DNA of 64,000 nt from Trichoplax adhaerens. Its lineage: Eukaryota > Animalia > Placozoa. This document shows, in pieces, positions 53,815-64,000 of this stretch. The position numbers and the translations under genes were made by a program. The stretch's first letter is position 1. Each line of letters opens with the position of its first letter. The notes beneath the pieces were generated by a model. It was not told the DNA's origin. It saw nothing but the letters and a program-made list of their open reading frames with translations, and ran no database searches. The stretch covers positions 1,160,287-1,224,286 of the forward strand of contig NW_002060955.1 in assembly GCF_000150275.1 (NCBI RefSeq), in the 5' to 3' direction.

Positions 53815-54576
53815 TATACACGTATAAGAGGGAACGTCAATATTTTTTAGAGCATTTTGTAAGACTGCTATTACTTTCAGCAGTGACTTTCCTCTTAAGC
53901 AAAATCCACAATAATACTTTCGATTAATATCAGATATTAAATTAGGTAAGAAGTTTCATCCACCGCTATTAAAGTCGGATAGCTATCAAACATTATTCAA
54001 TTTCTACACTCAGGAACCAAATCGATAGTTCAGTTTGCAACGTAGACCTCTACTTAATCCAATAATTGATCTTATCAGTAAACTTCAGCATCGATTTCGT
54101 TCCTCAATGTCATTAATGTTATTTATCAGTACGATATCAAAAGTTGGCTTTCAGAAATAATGATTGAGCTATAAGTTACAAAAATTAGTGTAAGCAGACC
54201 AACAGAAAAACGCCCATCAATATTCCATTAAAGAAAATGTCACTACTTAGGGAACCAAAATTCAATTGCAGTGGTTATTAGCTGCGAAAATTCAGGAATA
54301 AATGATATTTCGTTGTTTTCAAGTTTATGTAATGTTCTAAGGATGTCTGCAATAGCTGCATAAACTGACGGTAACGCTAGGTTCCGATCATTAGCTATAA
54401 GTTAAAAATAATATTTCTTGTTTTTGAGACTAAAATTAATAAAGAAAAGCAAACAGTTACAGCTTGCGAGAATTAAAATTTTACAATCTGATTCTACCAA
54501 AAGCATAATCTCGTTCTAAAATAAGATGTGCGAAATCCAAAAACGAGCGTAACGGAACTTAATTGCTATATACTCC

Positions 54577-55112
54577 TGTTACGGTTCATCATTACCGTAA
54601 ATGAAAATATGATATTTATTCATATTTTTTTATAAAGTAAAGTTGTGATATGTTAAGTCTTTAATGGATTCCCATTGATGAATGTGTGATAAAGATTGTC
54701 ACATTTGATTAGTGAGTTGTTAAGTAACAAGTCTAGTTGATTTGTTAATTGGAGTAAGAGTGGTAAACACTCAATATTAAATTACAAGTATTTATTCTAT
54801 ACTAACTATCATAAATATATGTTATACAAAATCAAGTATATTGTTAATAGAATTATGCCGATGGAAACTGGCACAGGTATATCAGAACGTGCCTATAATC
54901 ATAGAAGGAGTTCTTATATTACCTTGCCTAGTAATATTTTCTATCGTTCGAATAAAGAGGATTTACGAAGTTATCTGGATATACTCACTGCTGAATAAGG
55001 TCTTATACTGAGCTGGTCGAGTTAGTGAAGCTTATTAGCAACGGTATATTACGGTAGAGCGGATACGCTTGGAATAAAATTAGTTACTTGTGCCACAAAC
55101 GACATTGTGACA
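54577..55112 (+). mobile_element. Solo-LTR-like element R6 (536 bp)
   Basis: TGTTACGG...TGTGACA. Perfect TSD ACTCC (54572-54576 and 55113-55117). AATAAA at 54951. Confidence 0.8.
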
Positions 55113-58100
55113 ACTCCTATTGCAGAAATACGATTACGTCTTGTATAAAATTTTACTATGGGTAAATGTTTGTAAGCTTTGAACATTTTTATTACTGATA
55201 AAAGTATAATTTAAATTGCCTACCGTAATTTTAGAAACACGTTACCTTAAAGGGCCAAGATACTGTAAGCCTTGCTGCTTTTGTAAATAAAAGATTCAAC
55301 TTATGTAGCCATGCTATCACTCGTTTATTTTTAGCAAAATAACCAAAAAAAGATGATTTTTAATTAAATTTTGATTAAAGCAAAACACCATATCTCTTGT
55401 TATTCTCTGGTTATTATACAATAATATGCTGATACATCTATATGTGCATTTATTAGGAAATATAAAAGATTACAGAAAATTATTATTTCGTTATGCCTTC
55501 ATATTCCATAGCAGCACGGTTAATACTTGCTATCTCATTGTATAAACTAAAAATATCCAGCCTTACATGCTAAACACAATTTACATATGATGTTATGCAG
55601 CATATTGCCAAGGGATGACCTAACACAAATTCCAATTGAGTCAATTGGTTAGTCTATTTCAATTAGATGTATGCTCGTAGGTTATTATAACAGTATTTAA
55701 GATTGAGTTACAAAAGTATTAGGTACAATTTGAGCAATGATTCAGTTGGTGAGTTCACGAAGATAACCTCATGGTAATTATTACACTTAGAAATATTCAT
55801 CGTTAATAACTCCTCCCAATCAAATCTCCCTTGCTGTAAAGCCTTCATGGTAAAATACGCCTATTACTACTGCTATGAAGTTTTTGAAAACAAAATTAAT
55901 TAATAATTATACAATAAAATCTATAAAAATATCTATCACCGAATTAAACTGATATTCTGGATTATACATGAGCCTTATTTAATGTGTAAGTCAAGGTATT
56001 CAGAAAACGTTGTTAAAAGTAGAACAAAGTTACCGACAGAATTAATGTCTAATTAATCTTGTGCTCAATTAGTTAATCAGTTATATAATTCAAATGAAAG
56101 ATAAGTTGATATTAAGTCTTCAGATCGTGATTGTCTTAATATTCATGATGCATCCTAGATTGGTTTTACATACAACAAATTTTAATCGCTGTTGTTCAAA
56201 ATATTATCCGGTTCCAGTAATAGAGAGAGAAATTGACTATTAGAAATAAGTTTATTTGATGTCAATATTATGAAGGTAGTCTCGACTACTATCACATAAT
56301 ACTATCGCTAAATAAACAAGCCTTATTTCATCGACCATTACAGCGAACTGGCATGATATACCATAGAATCTATTTAATGCTGCACTACACTAACTTAGCA
56401 AAATCCCGAGGTTGGCCCCTTAATCAGTAATTTTAAAAATGCAGTGAAATAAGAATAAAATACCCAAGCGGTGAAATTTTAGAAAACCTTTCATTTTAGC
56501 TAGGATAATAGCGGACTGCAACTACTAAATGTGCCATCGCCTAATTTATTCACTTTTTATTGCTATAATGTCGATATTATTGCATTTTGTACAGAAACGG
56601 TAGCGATAGCCACTAAAGATTATTCCATGGAATACTGCACCTATAGCACGCTGCATTGCCAAGAATGAACATTTGCATCTTCTTATTACTTAATGATTTT
56701 GAACATTATAATTGTATTAGTGTCAATAAGATGTGAAAATTACTATAAATAAAGCATCTTAAGCGTCAACTTACAGTAGCAAATTAAAATACTGTGTAAT
56801 AACCAGTGTAGCCACATTGACCTACAAATAGAAGATAGCGCTATCTTTTTAACCTACCGTGATTGAAATTTTAGTAATGCATACTGACTTTCTCTCTTCC
56901 TTAGTAGTCTTCAACAGTAGTAAGTGATAAACGATCAGTTTTTAGGAAAAAGTAAAGTAGCATGTCTGTAACCAGCAAGGTGCTATAGCATCGATATGAC
57001 GTGTTGATTAATTCTGGTTTTCAAGGGTTAGTTAATTATTAAAAACTTGTATATAATTTAAAAAATTTAGGCTTTAAAGTTTATAATTTAAAGGATTGAA
57101 TTTCCCTCATATTGTATCATACATTAAGAAAAACTATCTGAGTAAAATTAATAAAAACTAAAATTTAGAGAGATTGAACTTAGCATTCCGTGATTCGGAG
57201 GGCTTAATGTAATATATTTCAATAGCAGCCCACAGTCATGGATACAAAAAAAATTTAAAGATAAGACCTATTTTGCACAGTCATTTATTACATCATGTTA
57301 CGGCATATGAGTATATTTTTCCCTGTGCCGGCTATATCAAGATATTATTGAGGATATGGTTAAATTGTAACTGTTCGATCTTCGTATAAATTCTACTTAG
57401 CAGGGTAAAATATCAGGGTAAAGACGGTAATGAGAGAGTGGCATAACTTTTTTATAAAAACGATTCTGTGGAATACTGTACTAGCATACAGGAATATTAG
57501 TATAACCAACTGCAACTTGGTAGTTAATAAGTTGTAAAAAATATCACTAGAAATGATTTTATTGCCACAAACTCGGGAGTAACTCTGTTATAAATCATAA
57601 CAATAGCTGCAAACCGTGAAAATCTTTTATTTAAGATTTCTGTCGAACAATAGAAACTACTGTTCGTAAAAGCTTTGGAATCATTAAGTCAAACAAGAAC
57701 TTCAATATGAAAGTTTGGATTCGTCCATAGATTCAATGACATCATGACGTCAATAGACTATGATAACCTGACCTGGATAACATATATAACGTTAATTAAG
57801 AAAATAAAACCGATATATCAAAATAATTATATATCTTAGCAACAGATACGCAACAGTTACTCCAGCATTCTTTATATTAGGAACAGTCGACAACATCATT
57901 CAGTTAAAAGCTATTGGTAATAATTTAAACAAAACTGTAACTGAATGACACAAACTTAACTTGTGAACTACTATTCTAAACTAATAAATTAGTTATTCCA
58001 ATCTCCACTGCACCTGAAGGTCTACTATGTGATATTCCTATACTACTTATGATCACTCAGGGATAATACTGTTCTAAGAGTTTAGTATAATTTTATTAAT

Positions 58101-59128
58101 AGAGTAGCTGAAACGCTATCTAATCACCGAACTGAGGAGCTGAGCATTCTTGCCTCTTTTATATCCTACCTCCAAACTTGTAGTGCACACATAGTAATTT
58201 AGCAACATGAAATTTACTTGATTAGCACATAACAAAATCTACTTAATTAACATGTATGGCACTTTGCTCTGTAACACGGAAATAATAGGCATTATAAATT
58301 ATGTTAAACTACTGTATGATATAAGCTAAAACATCAACGTTTCAATCAGTCCAGTAAATGTTAGTATACCTCGATTTGCTATTGTAGCAGGTTCGCATAC
58401 CACCATAGTCTAATTTCAATCACAAGTTAACCCACTAAAGTAATTTTGATATTTAACGATAATTGGATTTATTATTTCAAAGAGGCCAGTTTTCAGCGAT
58501 GAATCAAAATCCCATTATTGTTAGTTATAAATGTTGACTAACTACAACAAATATCCTTAAGATAACTATCAACAAAATTATATATGGTTAGATTTGGGTC
58601 ATGACGCTATTGTAGTTTAAATCATCTAATATAACAACAAGAGACCAATATATTCATAAGAAGTAATGCAAAGACACGTAACAAATTTTGGCCTTAGTAT
58701 ACCGTTATATCATTGAAGAAGAGGCGTAGGTTTGTTATAAATAAAATTCTACATTAATATATTTTATTAAAAAAAGAGCCGACAGGTTTCAATCACTAAT
58801 TTAAAAATAATTTTTAATAATGTCTTTAATTACCTTCAAAGCAGTAGCTACATGCATTTCTAATAATTATTTCTATAGTAACAGCCTATATCTTATATAG
58901 CAAAGAGAATAATTAAGTAAGCAAAAATCGGTCTAATTTTATCCGTGGAAGCCTTGATTAAAATAGTTTCTTTCATGTGCGGCCTTTAACACACCTATTT
59001 CATAGCCCACTGTATATTTGGAAACATTGATAGCTAATTTTAAGTATTGCTGTGGTAAAGTAGTCAAGGTTAACAATATTTATATGCAAAGAAAAATGTT
59101 ATCAATTTACATCCATTATATTAATATA

Positions 59129-59262
59129 CAGAATTTATATTGAACGCATCCGGATGCAAACCGGTCATTTAGCAAATTGCTGCATCGTAATTTTGCAAAA
59201 TACCAAGCATTTGGCAAAATGAACGATTTTGCATCCGGACGCGTTCAATATTCTAATATTTG
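59129..59262. mobile_element. Small foldback / MITE-like element with ~44-bp imperfect inverted repeats
   Basis: Left arm ATATTGAACGCATCCGGATGCAAACCGGTCATTTAGCAAATTGC (from 59137) versus the reverse complement of the right arm ATATTGAACGCGTCCGGATGCAAAATCGTTCATTTTGCCAAATGC (to 59251). Possible outer TA|CA...TG|TA ends. Confidence 0.65.
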
Positions 59263-60786
59263 TATTATATGCGGCGCTAAGATCAAAATTTCATACTATT
59301 TCTAGCTAAAAGTGTTATTAGCTACGGAAATAAGTGTATTGGTATCGATATCTAAGGCCTTATCGCATTTTGAATCTTGGTAATGTGAACCAATATTAGA
59401 TGTATGTATGCACTTACATAATTAGTCAATCAAGCGTACCTCAAACTGAAATTTTTTCGCTAACCAAAATTAATTCAAATTCTTACAGTGCCTCATTATA
59501 CCGTAACGTAAAACAATTTATAAAGCAACTGTAATGATAGCTCGTATAGAGGCTACAAATGCATTTTTGATGCTTTGATGTATTACTTTAATTAGTTCCT
59601 ATCATTATCATACTTAATTGATGTTAAGCGCAGTTATTAAACTTTAAAGAACCTTTTCTTTATTAATTTTTCGCCAATGCATTCCATGATCAAATACTAC
59701 GAAGATAGCAATGCTATTTATGATTTATACTTAGTAATTTAATTTATCAAAATGTAACGATTTAAAAGCATTCGCAGTTTGAATTTGATTTGAAATTCTC
59801 CGTATCAATTGGTATTTTAATTTAAATATCTGTCCACAGCTAGAATATTATACTTAGATAGCAAGCCTGAAGCTGTGATACTATAATATTTTACATATAA
59901 ATAGTAGTGAATATTTATCAATAAACTTGTCAGTATCTAATCTGTAAATGCTAACTGAATAAATTTTGCTTTACAATCAGCATAAAAAATACTTTTTAAG
60001 TTCTTCATTTCATACTTCCGTTGAAAATATCTACTTTTTGCATTCATCTCATTTCTTAGATGAGAGTGGTATTAACTTGAATGTTGTGGGACTGGATCAA
60101 AACTTATTAAATGATATGTTGAATCAGACTATTTATTAATAATTGTTATTTGCAGTTAATATTAATTTAATAGCCAAAGGACGGTGTTTTCCAATTTTTA
60201 CCGGGCGACACAAAATGTAATCTTTATATCAAACTATGATAATTTCGATCGTGATAGCCTCAAATCGCAGATTTAAAGCTAATTATAATCCAATCAGCCA
60301 ACCGTAAAATAATAGTCTGAATGCTTTTGTATGGCATTACAATTAGAAGTAACAAAAACTAATAGGAAAATTTAATTTGAAGTCAGCAGGTGTATTATTA
60401 TTTAGCTGCAATACTTACTAACTAAGAATCATGGTCAATAAAAGAACAAAGTTTATATCTGAACGCAGGAAAATCTTTCAGTAATAATTAAGATATAGCA
60501 GAAATAGACTGCAGAAAACGTCATGTAATCAAGAATAGCAAGTTTTTGATCATAAATCATCGTTCTAGTATATTAGTTGCTACCGTCTGCAGCAACCAAT
60601 TTATTCACAATAGGTATGTCTGTAAAAGAATTCTCAGAAAAAATAAACTTTTCCACAATTGCAATTCAATAGCTTTATCCAATTATGTAATCAGTCAACA
60701 TATTAAAAACCCAACTGTTACTGATATTCATCAATCAAACAATAAAGTTCGTTACAAATTTCCACAATTCAAGATGGTATACTTGT

Positions 60787-61342
60787 TGTAATGTAACTTA
60801 GTATTGTGATTGTAGACTGTTAGCCATGTTTAGTATAATGTACGGTAGATATTTATCCTAAGAGATATTTGGTAGTTATAACTATAGACTGTAGTGGTAG
60901 AGACTCTATGCTAGAGTACAGATGACTATATACAGTAAGGTGTTGAGTTACTAATAAGGCTATAGGTAAAAAAAGGAACTGTAAATCATATGTTAGGATA
61001 TGGTTAATTCATTGTACTTTGGCTAGTGTGAATGATGTCTACGTAAGTACTGTAGTCGCATCCATACTGGATTAATGATGGTCCGCAGTAGAATAGTCTT
61101 ACTAAGAATAATTTAACTATGTGTAAAATAAGGTAAAAGGTTGCCGTGCGGATTGTAGCTGCGAATGCTACGAAAAGTATAAAAGCATGTAACTTTAGAT
61201 TATTCTGCTAGTTCGTTGTAGAAGTCTTTAGTAGTATTATTCGGCTAGAGTAGAGCAGTGAGTAGGTAATCCTTGTATAAGATTCAATAAAGCCCTTATT
61301 TTTCTTCTAAAATTTGGAATCTCGTGATTGGTATATATCACG
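60787..61342 (+). mobile_element. Solo-LTR-like element family R1 (556 bp), about 1 kb upstream of gene E
   Basis: TGTAATG...ATCACG (A to G). TSD CTTGT/CTCGT (4/5). Highly similar to 48543-49104 and 5511-6019. Confidence 0.85.
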
Positions 61343-62360
61343 CTCGTATACTTGAGATATCTGGGAACAGCAATCTCTAAATTTCATAACTCAAGACAAT
61401 TGGTCTACTTTTTGTTTATAAAGACAATCACGAAAATAAATTTTACTGACCGTATCCGAAAATTTTAAACGTCAACAAAATTATGACATAAATGCTAGAT
61501 CAACTTGTACTTATGCTAAGATTTATATTTACAGGTATATGATTGCTGCTTTATGGACATTGATCTGTATAAAAAACTGTAAATATCAAGCCGATACCAA
61601 CGTTACTTATTCAGCAAATATTTTTATTTTAATAATTAAAGCTGGATAGTCGTTAATCTGCTCTACTTATAAATATCTTGGCTAATTAGAATGTTATAAA
61701 TGAATAGATTGAGCATTATTAATGTTTCTTGCTTGAGTTAATTTATACCGACTGACCGTAAAATCAAAATATTCAGATAGTTTTCGAAAGATTAAATGGT
61801 ACTTTTTCATCGTTATTTTAAAATAAAATGAAAGATCATAATTACTGTTATATAAACAAACTGCTGCTATGCGACATAATTTTTATTGCCAAACTGTTTT
61901 ACTCACAAACAAAACTGGAATAGAATAAAGGCCAAAAATATTATATATTCCTGTTTGTGGCTAATATTAATTGCCTCATTCTTAGCAAGTAGAGCATTAA
62001 GTTGTATGGTTATTTGTTTATTCGAAACTAGACAGTAAAATGAATTTCTATTCTTTTTTTCTTACAAATCTAAAATTTAATTATTGAAAGCATAAGATAC
62101 AGGTTACTACACCGGATATTTTATAGTTTAACTTTTAGAATGAAATCAAATTTTCATGTGACTAAGAATTAAATATTCCAAATAATACTATTCCTTTACA
62201 TGAGGCTCTTAGTGTCTTATTATATTTCTAATACCTTTTGTCTATCTACCTTTGATATTTAAGTCAAGTCTGAAATTTAAATCATTCATTACTACCATCT
62301 CATTTCAGATGTGTCAGAAGTTGATGCACATAAAATTCATGTGTTCCAACACCAATAAAA

Positions 62361-63368
62361 ATGAAATTCATTGTATACTTTGCCGTATTTAGCCTAATTA
62401 ATTTCATCACCACTTGTCTATGTCTTCAAAATTTAACACTGTTGTGCATGATACCCTGGTATAGACGATTTGAACTGGGTACATCATGTGCTATAGCAGC
62501 AAATATGGCTGTCGAAGCTATTAACCAGAACACAACAGTTTTACCAGATTATCGTCTTGAATTGGAATTAGCCGATAGCCAGGTAAGCACTACTAAATAT
62601 GCGTGCAATTTTTTTCAATATTTTACCATTAAAAAAATAAAATCGCGTTAGTAAAAAATTTTAGCGTACTAAATAATGCAAAGCTTAAAATTTTAAAGTA
62701 AAATAGAAAGTTAACATCTACCTCTAATACATGATTTACATTGACAGATTAAATAAAAACCAATAACCTATACTCATCATCAGACTTTCTTCATAGCGAT
62801 AAAATAATCAAAATTTACAGCTACCTGCTACGCGGTTTTGATAGTAGCAATTTCAACTTATTTAAATACGTTTAGATGTCTCAGGGTGTAGCGGCTAAGG
62901 CATTTTTCGACTCAATTTCACGTTCACCGACAAAAATAGGAGTCATTGGTCCATTAATATCGACAGCCAATGCCTATGTTGCAAGTATATCCAAATTTTA
63001 CAACTTAGTTCAGGTTGGTAGACCTTCCTAGAAACCAAATCTGCATCATTGAACATTTAATAGAAACCATTTTAAAGTTAATTAATCAACTATTTCAGTC
63101 AATACCTATAAGAAGTAATTAGTATTTTAGATACCATCGTAGAATTTATTGAATTATTTGTCATTAATTGTAATCGTGATTTTTTTATTATTCACAGGTG
63201 GGTTATGCTGCATCTGGTTTATCCTTAGACGATAAAAAAAATTATCCTTACTACTATAGAACATCAATAACGCAATATAGTTATTCATTAGCTCGCATTA
63301 AACTTCTCAAGCAATTCAAGTGGGAAAAAGTAGCAATTATTTATTCAACAGCCGGAACTTATTCTACA
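62361..63368 (+). CDS. GABA-B receptor-like class C GPCR, gene E (5' part, exons 1-3; continues beyond the window)
   Basis: Exons 62361-62582 (signal peptide, QNLTLLCMIPWYRRFELGTSC..LELADSQ), 62876-63013 (MSQGVAAKAFFDSISRSPTKIGVIGPLISTAN..YNLVQ) and 63198-63368 (VGYAASGLSLDDKKNYPYYYRT..). Sizes 138 and 171 as in the paralogues. Confidence 0.9.
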
Positions 63369-64000
63369 GTATGTATATAAATGAAACAGCTTGAGAAAAT
63401 TTTGAGTTTGGGCAAATCTTAAAACAATAAAATGTAACCTTAGGATTATGGTTCAGATATTATATCATAAATCAGATACGATAGTTCATTTATCTTAAAA
63501 CGATAGAATATAACACTAAAGTTAGGATTTAGATATCATGTAACATAGTAGATCGCATACGATACTTCATTTTTGTGAAATTTGAATAATTCAAGATTTC
63601 TATTATTTTAAGCTATTCATTCATTCTTTGCAATCTTCATAACTTACAAATACTTTCTCATTAAATCACCTCAGATAGTTTTCTGTTTTATGTATTGACT
63701 ATTTCTAAAAATTTCACTTGAATGTCGGTTGAAAGTCAAAAAAAATTATAATGCTTTTGCGGTATTAAATTTTTCAGTATTACTTTAAATGAACAAAGAA
63801 TTGCTGATTATACGTTCAGAAGAAAAATTGTTGTTGCTTGTTGTGGTTACTCTTGTAGTTACAATGTAATTTGCATTATGATGATATTCATTAATCATAA
63901 CTATTGCGATTACAAAGAAACAGAAATTTATTAATTTTTTAAGAGCAAAATATTTCATACAGAGGTCGAATCATAAACAATAAATACTGAATAGTATATC

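Noticed and set aside
48543-61342. A full-length 12.8-kb LTR retrotransposon bounded by two direct R1 copies
   Set aside because: Each R1 copy has its own TSD (GTTAC; CTTGT/CTCGT). No PBS or polypurine tract adjoins them, and no gag-pol ORF or recognisable remnant lies between them.
1-64000. CRISPR arrays, rRNA or tRNA genes, prokaryotic operons
   Set aside because: The DNA is eukaryotic with spliceosomal introns. No regularly spaced repeats, cloverleaf or rRNA-like sequence was seen by eye.

Overview
AT-rich, intron-containing animal genomic DNA. A placozoan such as Trichoplax or Hoilungia is the best guess, but this is inference from composition, short introns and the gene family. The window holds a tandem array of GABA-B-receptor-like class C GPCR genes (signal peptide, Venus-flytrap domain, no cysteine-rich domain, GABA-B2-like 7TM, short coiled-coil tail). 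On the + strand are the 3' end of gene A (46-2136), three complete 15-coding-exon genes B (11525-20655, about 773 aa), C (25890-34352, about 781 aa) and D (40481-48507, about 773 aa), and the 5' end of gene E (62361 onward). An inverted, heavily deleted pseudogene lies at about 4296-8205 (-). The paralogues share exon sizes and 7TM motifs. They lack several canonical GABA-binding residues and the lobe-1 disulfide, and differ from each other in the binding cleft, which suggests an orphan receptor repertoire for non-GABA ligands. The non-coding DNA carries about 12 elements of 0.5-0.7 kb from at least 7 sequence families. Most have TG..CA termini, an internal AATAAA (usually after a TATA-like box) and 5-bp target-site duplications, so they look like solo LTRs. 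They include a nested pair, an inverted pair, one copy 35 bp after the gene D stop and one about 1 kb upstream of gene E. No internal retrotransposon coding sequence was seen. A small foldback (MITE-like) element and an older inverted repeat pair are also present. All exon models were built by eye from GT-AG sites and paralogue comparison.
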